A DNA stretch of 64,000 nucleotides from the NCBI GenBank assembly GCA_043798215.1, contig JAZDOX010000038.1, positions 5,659-69,658 of the forward strand, read 5' to 3'. The stretch is from Candidatus Omnitrophota bacterium. GTDB lineage: Bacteria > Omnitrophota > Gorgyraeia > Pluralincolimonadales > Pluralincolimonadaceae. This document shows positions 15,001-27,000 of this stretch, piece by piece. The notes below the pieces were generated by a model. That model saw nothing but the letters and a program-made list of their open reading frames with translations, ran no database searches and was not told the DNA's origin. Numbering within the stretch: position 1 is the stretch's first letter; the number at the start of each line of letters is the position of its first letter. Position numbers and translations under genes: made by a program.

Positions 15001-18000
15001 CCAGGTCCTGGGCCAGTTAAACCAATCGAGCATACCCTGTATGGCGGCAGGAACGTTCCTTCTGGCATAATCGGCGGCTGTCATACGCTTCTTAAATTCT
15101 TCTTTTATGCCATCGGAAGAAGAATTATAATTGGAGTCATTCATAATATCCCGGAGTATATCCATTCCATCACAAGCATCCATAAGAAGATAAAGGTCGT
15201 ATCCGGTAACCTTATTGCCTCCAACAGCGCCGGTTTGATCATTGAGATGCTCCAGTAATTGCTTGGCCCAGCTCTTCTGGTTAGCCTTTAAGAAAACTGG
15301 ATCCACGCGGGAGAGATCTATGCTGCCATCGGAGGCAGTCATCATATCGCACAATACCTCCAAGGACGGGGCTATCTCTTCGGCCTTTTGTTTATAATCA
15401 AACGAGATGCCGAATCTTATGCAGTCGGCATAAAGATCCGGAGCATCAACCTTCAGCCTATCAGCCGAGACGCTATCCGGATCAGCCATAGCTCTATCAG
15501 CCAAATCTTTCATAACCGATTCTATCTTTACATAAGTAAATATCATCTTCTTTACCTGAGGAGGCTCTGGCGCGTCTTCGGCATCCCAGATAACCGCATA
15601 CTCGCCTTTGGTAAAGTGCATAGCGTAGGTTGTGGACCACGGCTTGGTCTGGGCCTGGATCGGCTCGCCAACTAAATTGGGGGCGCGTTTGGGAGTAGGC
15701 ATAATCTGGATCCATTCGGGTATCTGGCCTTTCTCCTGTAAATCGTAGAATATGGATACCGTTTTGGTATCCCACTCCTCGCCGCATATTAATATCTGAA
15801 GTTTGGGATAGTCTACCTTCTTCATATTTTTCATTAAAAGGCCTGCAACATCCTCTTCTCCAACCGCAGGAAGGTACACGGTTACAACAGGCAGGACATC
15901 CCAAGTCCTGACCTCCTGCCTTACTACGTCTTGCCTTACAGAGTCAAGGGATGAAATTATCTCATCGGTATCCGCGTCTGCGCTGAATAACTTCTTTAGG
16001 ATTTCAGTAGAGAAAATGTTCGAATATATCTTTGATACAATTTCTTTCTTTGTTGTTGCGCCTCCCAATCTACTAAGCGCGTCTTTATCGGCCTGCGGGG
16101 CGTATTGGATAAACCTTGAACAAAACTCTGTGTCGTTCATATTATCGAGTATCTCTTCGGCCACCTTCATCGAGAAACGGTCTATTATCTCATCCTTGGT
16201 TAACGTGCCGAATATGGCATCCAATAAAGCGTCTTTATCCTGCGAATTAAGCGTGGCCTGGACATCTGCCCTGCTAAGGATTCTCCTTTCGGGATGCGTC
16301 CCGCGCGGGTCGCGCTCATTGTCATTACGCGTAATCATCTCGACCATCTCGGAAAATGAGCGTTTATTTACTATGTCAAAAGTTAGACTGTTTAATTCTG
16401 CGGGCTCAGGGCTTACTACTTGAGATAAACCAAGGGAATCGGCGGCAGTTTTATTCTTGGCTAAGATGCCCTTAACACACATCCATACCTTATGCGCCAT
16501 AATAATAGTCGACGTGCCTATCATAGCCAGCGTCGAATACTTCAAGAGCGTCATTAAGCTTTCAGAGGGGCCGAATTGCGAAGCGCCCCATGCCACAGCC
16601 GCTGTGATAAGCGCGCCGACAGTTCCGGCAAAGACCTTCTGTCCTGTGGTAAAGGTGGTAAATGAGGTGTGCTCCTTGCCCATATTCTCGCCCATCTTGG
16701 TCATATCTATAAAAGCGGTTTTTCGCGTATTGAGGACACTGGTTAATTCCTGTCTCGCGGTGTCAAGGGTAGTGTCCGCGCCATCGGCAGATAAAGTTTT
16801 TACGGCTTTGGCCGCATCGTTATACATCGCCTGATAAAGTCCGGCGGTAAGGCGGTGGAGCTCGACGAACTTTAACTCCGACTTGGTGTCGGCTCTATAA
16901 ACCATATCGCTGGTAACCGAATCTATCTTTACCTTCACGCCTCCGGGCTGTTTTAATTCTTCGGCTTCGGCTATAGCGGCCTCCGTCTGTGATAATAAAC
17001 TGTTTGTATATACAACCCCGAACCAGCGGTCAAGGGTTTCATCCTCTACATTCTGCTTCTGGGCCTTCTCGGCGTCGTTTAGCCTTCTCATAAGCGGCAT
17101 ATCGCTATAAGCAAGCTCTGGCATAACCATAGTGGCGCTTAAGGAATCGTGCAAACTGTTTAATTCCTGTTTTAAGTTATCGAGGGCATCTTTCTGTTTC
17201 TTGGCGCCGACGTTGAACGTCGGAAGATTGGGATTGTTGATATTGGTGTATAATTCTTGGACGCGGGCTATGATACCGTCAAAGACGGAATTATAATCCG
17301 CTCTATTATTACTTAAATTAAACCTTGAGGTATTAAGCGCAGACTTGGCAGTTTCCAGTTCACTAAGCAAGCCCGAGAGAGCGCTGTTGACTCCGGCGGG
17401 ATCGCAGATGTTCTGAGTCTCTTTTATCTGAACAAGAGCGGCCTTCTGGGCGTTATCAAGATCTCTCCACTTTTGGTCTATTCTCTGTATCGTGGCATCT
17501 AAAGTAGTTTCTGGTATATAATTTTTACTTATAGCTTCTTCCAGAGCAAGGCCGCGATACAAAGCGTCTCTTAACGGCGTAAGCCCGGATATTACCTTAT
17601 CCATAAGCTTTGCCTGGCTTGGCCTGCCTTTTAGCTCATCTACGGTCTTCTTCCACCAGCTCTTGGGGTTTAATATCTTTACCGCATCCGCCCTCATCCA
17701 CTTAATCATCTTGTCAACGAACCCGCCTTTGTGGGTAAGATCGGCGTCATATTTCTTGATGAACCTTCCGGCGGCCTTTAAGGCTTCGTATGGATCAGAG
17801 ACATTAACTACAGGCGCTTGTTTTCCTGCGCCCATCTGGGCTTCATAATGCTCTAACTCTATAGGATTATTGGCTTGTTTTATGAGTTCCAGATTATCGA
17901 GTATGGTTTCGATCTCCTCTCTTTCCGCCACAATACCGTTTGCGGAAAGATCGATAAGGATTTTATCTATCGCTCCTTCGCGTGTTCCGCCTGACTCTGA

Positions 18001-21000
18001 CATAACCTGGTCGTACATCTCGACAATCTCATCTATGGCTTTCCTTAGCTGGTCGGCGTTTTCGGCTTCAGCTTCTTCCTCCATAGTAGCCTCTATCTCG
18101 GCTATCTCTTCGGCCTCTTGTTCACTAACCTCTTCCTCGGCTTCTTCTTGCGAGAGTAAAGGCTCTGCCAAAGCGGTTTCGATTGCGGCGCGTCTTGCGG
18201 CAATCCTGCCTATCAATCCGCCTTGCGGCTGAAGGCTTGTGTCTAAATAGTCATAGAGCTTTCCCTGATTTATAAGTCCATTATTAAAAATCCTATCGAT
18301 TAAATCTTCCGCCTCTTTGAGAAGATTCGAAGCCATAGCCAGATTGCCGGACATCTCGGCTTCTTCAACATATCTTAAGGCCAATTCGTAACAGATGAGA
18401 TCTGTTGCCCCGTCAGCATCCAAAGGAAGAACATCATCGTGCAATCCGGATAATTGAGCTTCCGCGTAACAGCCTTCCTTCAAAGTATCCAAGGAATCAT
18501 AATAATCGCTCCAAATGAATTCCTTGCTTACGCGCCTGTCGGCGGCTTCGGTCAAATCGATCTGGATGTATAAGCTATTGTCTGTGCCGGTTGCTTGGTC
18601 ATAATTCGCGCTAAGCCGCACTCTGTTTGCGACGTGCCTTCCATGCTCAACCGAAAGAACATCTTCTATATCAGCCTCTAATCCTATTTTATTTGCGGCG
18701 AAGGCAAATAACATAGAGAGGCCTAAGCAAGAACCTTCCCGTAGAGCTACAACTTCTCCCGGAAGCGAGATATCTTTGTTATATTTGAAGTTCTCCACGA
18801 TAAAATCGGCAAGCCCTGAAGCTATCTCGGTCTTCTCTTTGATGAGTTCTTCTTCGCTCATCTCGCCTTTGGCGGCTTTGGTTTTAGCGGATTCTAATCT
18901 AGCTTTTGATACGGTTATTAAATTTACTCCTCTGTCGTAAAAAGCCTTTGAGGATATATTATTAACTATTTTATTTACAATAGCAACCTCAGTATCCTTA
19001 TTGAAAAACCTTCCGACTATGAAATCTATCGCGCCAAAGGCAGGGGCTATTTCATTTTTGCCCATAGCGGATGTAAGCTCTGAAATAAGCGAGGACAAAT
19101 TAGACAGCGAAGAGTAAGAGGGCAACTCGCCCTCAAGTTCACTGGCATAGGAATAGATGTATTTCTGCGTCTCTATCTCAATTATCTTATTGTATACGGC
19201 TTTGCGGTCGGCAACTGAACCGACTTTGGCATTGCAATATAGCTTGCTAAATTCACTTATCTTTTCTCTTGCCTGCATAAAATTCGTGTAATTACCTGAA
19301 GCGCCTGCAACCGCCCAATCCGCCTGCATACTATCCAACAGGTCATTATACGCGGCCAAAAGGATCTCTTTATCGCTCATAGCCTCATTAAAGATATCTT
19401 CGAAGAGCTTTCCTTGATTAGACGGTCCGAGAACATATGCGCCTTTATCGTAAGCATCCTTAATTGCTTTCAAAAACGAGATCTTGCTAAAATCAACAAA
19501 TACTATACGGTTATTCGTAAGGAGGCTTATTATTTCGGTTAGTCTCTCGTTAAGCAGTTTACGGTCAGAAACCGCCAATTGGCTAAATTTATTCAACGCA
19601 TCTTGCGCATATTTCTGATCATCCAGATCCGCGGAATCTTTATATTCGATATAAGTATTAAGCCGTATATCCGGTATAGCGACCCTATTGACAATATCGC
19701 TGACATCTATCGCGTCTATAACCCTTGTCCTGTGAGCTATGCTGGCGGAGTCAAAAGCCATCGCGAAATTATTGCCACCGGTAATATAAGGGCCTTTCTT
19801 CGCCTCAACGAAATCTTTTATAGTTCTATCATCGGAAGACAAAGGCATAGTCAGCTTTTGAATCCCAATCAGCTCCATAAGCCGCGGAGCGTTCTCCTGA
19901 AGAGCGCATATCGTGAACTTGCTCCTCATCAATTTTGCCTTGTATTCCAAAACAAACGCCAAATCGTGAAGAAAATCGTTTGTGGCCTTGTCCATAGCAT
20001 TGCCGTTTATGGAATATGTCCCTTCCTCCACCTCTTTTATAGCCTCGACCATTCTCTCCATTAAGCGAACGGCATTCATCTCCTCCATAGCCGCGCGAGC
20101 ATCATCGGCCCCTTTCATATGTGTTATCTCATGACGGACTATCTCTGTTAAAACATCAAAAAAACTTAAGGAGCTGTCTATCTGCAGTTTCTCGACAAAT
20201 TTCGAAAATATATCTCCGGACCTTTCGGTTACGTATCTTGCGCGCGCGGGGCCGTCGGCGTCTCCATTATTCAATTCGCTTCTTGTCTTTAACTCGAGTT
20301 GAACGCCGGATATCTCTTCCAGTATAAGTTTTAGCTGGCCATAATACATAGTGTTTCCGAAAGGATGGTCTATCAAGGCAACGGCCGGGGAGTTATATTG
20401 CCTTAACGCTTCGATATCTTGGCGTAAGCAGCATAACCTATTCTGATTATTGACATAGGCTTTAAAAATCTGATATTGTTCGTCATCGAGTAAATCTCCC
20501 ATCTGCTCTATGTCGGCGTTTAATTTTTCGCCGTTGTTTACGATTACAAACTTCTGCGAAGTATAAGCAGTTAATCTCCGAACCAATTCCATAATACATA
20601 GTTTCATATTCTCAACCATATTAGCATCGGTAATATTTTTCCCCGCGGTTATTTCTTCCGCGCTCGAATATCTGTATATTTGCATCCTGAATCCGCATCT
20701 TAAATCATAATTGGTAAGAGCGAATTTTACTACGTTTAGCGCGGCGTCTATTTGTTCTTTCGTAGATAGACCTTCGGCTCTTATCGTTACTTCCATAGGA
20801 CATTCGGAAGCAAACGGCGCTAAGACGCCCCTTATATTGTAACTGTCAAACATATATCCTTCTAAATCGCCGAATTCGACGCAATAGGGGCCTTGTTTGC
20901 CCGCTACCTCCAGATACAACTTTATTCCGGTAGCCTCCTCTATCTTCTCTCCTATTTCAATGAGCATCTCACAAATGCTAATGTGCAAAGCATAAGCGGT

Positions 21001-24000
21001 TTTGAAAGTCAACTCTTTGGTTAGCGGGCTTGCCGGAATGTCTAAAACGGCATACTCTAAAATTCTTGCGGCTTCTTTTTCCTGAGCCTCAAATGGAAGA
21101 CCCATCTGCTGAAGATATAGGTCCTCGTCCACTTCCGGAATTAAACTAAATTGAACATCCGCTTTAGTTGCGCCGAGATTGCGGTTGTAATAGTCAAGCG
21201 TTTCGTTATAAACTTCCGTTTCTCTAAGATTATTTGCCCTGAATCCCTCTAAGGCGCTCTCGACAAACCGGCGGCCGTCTTCAACGCCTAAAACGCCGAG
21301 GGCTACGTCTAAAAACTCTTCGGTTGAGATACCGACATCGTCGCTGAATTGAGAAAATTGATTACGTATACGCTCTATGAGGTCCTGCGGCGTTACGTTG
21401 GACAGGCTGTCCGCCTTAAAATCAAAGTAAACAGGTCCTTCGTCCGAGTTAATGAAAACCATATTGGCGGGATTAAGGTCAAGAGGCATATTTGCCGTCA
21501 TAGTCGTCCAATCCGCCTTCAATTTCCAAAGTTCAACCCATTTCTTTATTGCCTGCCGCAAGCATTCATTCCTTTCATTAGCGCTTACATTCTCATCCAA
21601 AAGTATATTTTCGAGATTCCAAGCGTTGTCTACATACTGGGCAACCCTCATTGAAAGCAGGCCTTCGCCATCTAAAGAATAGACACCAACCTGCATTGGA
21701 ACAAATTTGCCTTTCGTATCTCTTAAATTTATATCATTTTGATAATCAAACTTGATTTGGAGACTTCCTGCATCGGCCAAATCAAAAATAACTTCGCGCT
21801 GCGCGCCGTCAGGCATCAATATCTTGGCCATATAGATATGGGAATCTTTTTGATCGTTTAATCTCGCGATATCGACATTTATTGTCTCGGCAACACGCTC
21901 TTGAGTCGTTAATTTACTTTGAAGACTAAGAGCCTCGACCCTTACATCGGCGCTTGTATCGCTCATCGCCTCAATTAAAAGCCCGCTTCCCTGCGAAGAA
22001 TCATAGATGCGCTTCTTCTGCTCATCCGATAACGCGAAATTCTGATACATATAGGCGAGATATTGCAACGCGGCCTTTCGAGATTCAACAACCGCGGCCT
22101 CGTCCATTTTAGCTCTTAGGTTGTTGAGCCATTCTATTATTGACAGCGTTATAGATGCCCCGCCTGCAGATTGATGTAAGATAGTCTTTGAGACAGGGTC
22201 TATGCTCACTTTGTAAATTTCATATCCATTCTCATAGACATATTCATAGATATAGCTATAGAAGATCTGCGTCTGGCCGTTATGGGTAACTTCTTCCGTT
22301 CCATCATATAATAAAACGATGTCTTCGCCGGTTTCTACATCCTTAATGGTTACGTCGCTATTTGGCAAAGCAAGTATGGGTTGAATTTTAGCGGCGTTTA
22401 ATTCAATAAGGCGATTATTTACCATTTCGTTTAGAATATACTGGTTATTATCGCTGCCATCGGCTCTTATAAGCCCCTCGTTTATCAGGCGGCGCAGGCC
22501 TGCAGCTACATCCTGCTTTGACAGAATGCCCTTATCTAATGCGGTAGCCCAAATATTCAACTTGCCGTTATCTAAACCGCGGACATTCTGGAGGACGGAT
22601 TCATTATCGCTTTCTTCAAACTCCATTAATAAGCCAATACCGATAGTATCTACTTCTTTCCTCGCATTGGCCAAATTGGATAACTCAAACATAGTATCGC
22701 TAATAAGATTTGTTTTATCTATCGCCTCTTGTATGCTCTGTATATCGAGAGCCTGTTCGGCGGCAGGAACCTTGTCGGTATCGCAATAGGTATAGCTTAC
22801 GCTATGGTCGGTCGGCGACATCTCATTTATATATCTTCTTGTAATCTCTCCGACTTGGCCGTCCACTCCCCAAATCAAGGGGTCAAACCGGCTTATGATA
22901 TCCTGATGCCCAGTATAAGAATCTTCGCCAACAACCATAGCCGCGAATTCGTGGAATAGATACCTGTGGAGTATCGAGTTTAAATCGCTTCTCGCAAAAA
23001 CATTCCTGTCTATGCTGATTACGAGCTTTCCATCGGAAGTTACACCGGTAAAGGCTATCAAGTAGTCTTTATTTCCCCAAACGCGCGGCTCGTGCGTAAC
23101 AAGTTCTATCTTTGCGGGATCATTCAATATCTCTTCTATCTTGGCAAGAATACCGTTTAAATCAGCGGCTAAACCAGGGTTATTTTCGCCAAGGAGTAAC
23201 CTCTCTGTAGCGGTTAAAACGGCTGAGCGGACATCGCGAAGTTTCTCGAACACAAGTTGTTTCCTGCTTTCCGCCATTTGAGCAACTAAACCTTCCGTCT
23301 TTAACTGATCTAATGTTAAAGCATTTACCTTCTCTTTAAAGGTGCCAAAAGCTTTGTTTTTGCCCACCGCGGCGGCAAACTCGTTTTGAGGGGTGGCGGG
23401 ATTATCGAAAATCATACTCTCTTCAACCTTTAAATTAGCAAAATGAAGAGCGAATTGTTTTAGATTGTAAGCGGCTAAGGTGTAAATAGAGGAAATTCCT
23501 TCGTAAGCAGATGTTAAATTCTTAAGAAAATCTATTGCTTCCAGCGCTTCTTCTTGCGTCGAATAGTTTACAGGGCTCATATTGGCAACAACATACTCTA
23601 TCGTCTTCTCATCGGCGTAAAGCAGGTGATGTTTGAGTATCTTTAAGTCATCGGCTGAAATACCGGTTGAAGCTACCATAGAGTCTATGTCATCGCTTGC
23701 ATCGAAGACATAATTGGGATTGTCTTCAAATTCCGCAAGCAAGACGCGGGCGGCCGCGCTTAAATTGCCGAAGTTCATTATCCTTGAGCCGACAGCCTTA
23801 AGGAAATGTTTCTGGGTTTGGGCTAATATATCCGGGGTAAGACGCGAAGCGTATACTTTCTCATATGAAGGCGTCGCCTTCAGCCCCTTACAAAGCTCCT
23901 CATTGAAATCCTCTTCGTCATAAACCTGCCATACCTTCTGGCCGTTGGCGTCGAAAGAACCATTCCACCATCGAATATTATCTTTATCGGCGATCCTTCC

Positions 24001-27000
24001 TAATATCGTAATCCATCCTTCAACGGCTGTTGATTGCGTAACGGAAATCTCAACGTCTTTACCGTCTCTTAGGGCTATCTTGGAAAGCAATGTAACAATT
24101 TCGGTTCCTACGCCGAGGCGCGCATTATTATTTCCTATCGGAAATTTTTCCGACGGCTTTAAGGTCATATTCAAGATGGCGATCTCTTCGGCGCGCAGCG
24201 CAACCCAGACTTCGTCTGGATTGGGATTGTCATAATCTCCGTCGTAATGAATTGTAAAACTCCCGCTCGTCTGGTATTCCACCTCTATCATTTTGCCGTA
24301 TTCGCCGTTCCCATTGGTCTGTTTATGGTTAACAAGAACAACCTTCTCTCCTGTCTTCGCCGGCAAGTCAACAACAGCCGGAACCACAGGACGGTTATAA
24401 ACTCCCTGCCCATTGACAATAAAAGACATACCTGCGGCTGTGGTATCGAACTTGAATGACGCTGTGGGGTCTTCGACTTTATTGGAATCAATCGCCTCGG
24501 GCAATGTCCCGATTGTATAATCACAGTCATAGAATTTGTTCCAAACACCCTTGTGCGAAAGCGGGCCAAGATTAGCTACCGCTATCATCATATCCAATGA
24601 ACTTTTCACGTCTGCCTTTAGAGACGCGCTGTTTTCCATAGGAATGCTTGTTGTATAAGGATTCGCGACGAGGTTTCTCGCATCTATGACCCTTATCTTC
24701 CCGCTGCTATCCATAGTCAGGTTATCCAACAATGTCTCACCAGCGGTCGGATTCCGAACCATAAGACCTTTTCCGGCCAAGTCATTCGTAAACGAGACCG
24801 CCGCTTTAAGGATGCCTGCTACAGCGGTTTCTTTCGCCTCGGGAGTATTATAGGCGGGGTTGTTTTTGATATTCTGGATAGCGGTTTCCAAGGTTATGGC
24901 GCCAGTTCTTATAAGAGTATTTGTTTCGCCGGAGGTCTTTATCTCAAAGGAAACTACCAGATCTTTGGCATAACCTTTTACACTATTCAAACAAGCGGCC
25001 TCAGTAGTTGTGATATTTGTCGTTGTTATCTTTCCATCGGAGACGGCCTTGTCGAAAGCCTTCTGGTTCCAGTTATCGAATGTGGTTATAAGGGCGGGTA
25101 GTTCCGCGCTCGATATGCCTAAATTAGCCAATAAATCCGCCTTATCGGAGAGTTTTCCCGCCGTATAGGCATTTGCAAGTTCAATAATCATACTATCTCT
25201 CTTATTGATCACGAAATTAAATAACCCGCGGTCGAGTTCCGATAATCCGCCTGCTATGGAGGTTTGTTTCTCGGAGAGGTCTTCAGAGGCAGAAGTAACT
25301 GAAATATCCTTTAACTGTGTCAATGCCGATATGAGAGAATCGGACAGAAAGATTTGTCCGCCTTTGGCGGCGTTTAATACCTTGACAACAGGAGGGCCGG
25401 TCTCTTGATTATCGTTAATTACAGCCTCAAGGCGCGTCTGCATACCTTGTTCATTTATATGGACTGCCGCCTGAGCAGAGGCCCCGCCTTGCTCTTTTGG
25501 CAGGACAATATCCGTAAAGGTCTTGCAAATGCTTACCGCGTCTTCAAAAGTTTTTGCCGTCACAAAAGTCAAACTTGTGTCTTTCGCGACATTCACGCCG
25601 GTAATAACATTTTCGCCTGAAGTTTGTATCTTGCTCAACATAGCGTTGGCTTCATTCAATATCTGTGTTGCTTTAATCTCAACGGCCGTTGCGGCTGAGG
25701 CCTCTTCTGCAGTAATATCCGGCATAGCCTTAATGTAAGCCATACCGCTTATTATTTCAGTCATTATATTCTTTATGTTCTCAGCGGTACTCTTTACCAT
25801 AACCGCCAATTGCGCTTCGCCGTCTTGAACAATGCTGCTGATAATTGTGGTCCCAGCCGAGCGCGAATGCAATAGAAAATGGGCCATCGCATTAGATAGC
25901 ACGTTATTGACATTTTTATTAACTATGCCGTTTATCGTGTCAACCCCGTGTAATTCCATCCAGCCCTTTATCGCCTCTGTTCCCACGCCTTGCAGCGTCT
26001 CTGAAATCCTGCTGGTCGCTCCTTGCGAGTCGTTTACCGCTTCCACATATTCCGCGTGCAATCTTATCGCGTTTTTAAGTTCGCCAGGATCGCTTAGATC
26101 AAAACCTTCCTCTCCTTTGGCTATAAGTTCGTCAAATAACGCGGCTTCTTCAAGTTTGCCTTGTTTGGCCAATATACTGCGGAAGACGTTTTCGTTATTA
26201 ACGGTATATCTTTGATCGAGCATATTCTCCAAATCCGCTTTTAACGTCTCTTCGGTAACATAGTATATGCGGGTCGAGTCAAATTCATCGGCGCGGGGAG
26301 CGCGGCCGGCGCCCTGCACAATTTGGGTCCTGTAGGTATCGGAATTGACCCAAAGATCATAACTGCCCATAGGGCTGAAGCCTGTAATACCCGCCCTGTT
26401 GACAAGCAGAATCGCGCCGAAAGGATTGCCGTCGTTATCATACTTGCTGCCCTCGGTTAATAACGCGGCTTTGGCGGCAAGTTCGCTTAATTCCACATCC
26501 GAAGTCAAGTTTTTTACCTGAACTATTTTTTCTAAATCAGACACCTCTATTCCTTTTCCATAAAGCCTGCCTGAAAGCGAAGTTATCTCGCGCGTAAACG
26601 CATCGATTAATTTTTCTTTAACAAGGTCCAGCATATCAGGATCCAGCGATGGAAAGATGGCGCCGCCCGAATAATACAATTTACTGCCGTCGCTTTGCGT
26701 TATTGGTTTTATTTGTCCGCGGCGCGCAAACCATGAGGATAAAAGATCATCGGCAACAGCCTGCGCTTTTTCATCCGCGCCGCCTCTTAACACCACGAGG
26801 ACATTGTTTATATGCTGTCCATTTTCGGCCAAGGCCGTTAACTTTCCTGATATATTCATACTATCCGTAAAGATGTTTTCGCCATCTATCATATCCAAAC
26901 TTAACGTAATAGGGCCGCTTATATACACAACGTCCAATCCTAACGTTGCTTTTATCATCAACGGCACAACCCCTGTGGGATTTCCCTCGGCGTCCACGCC

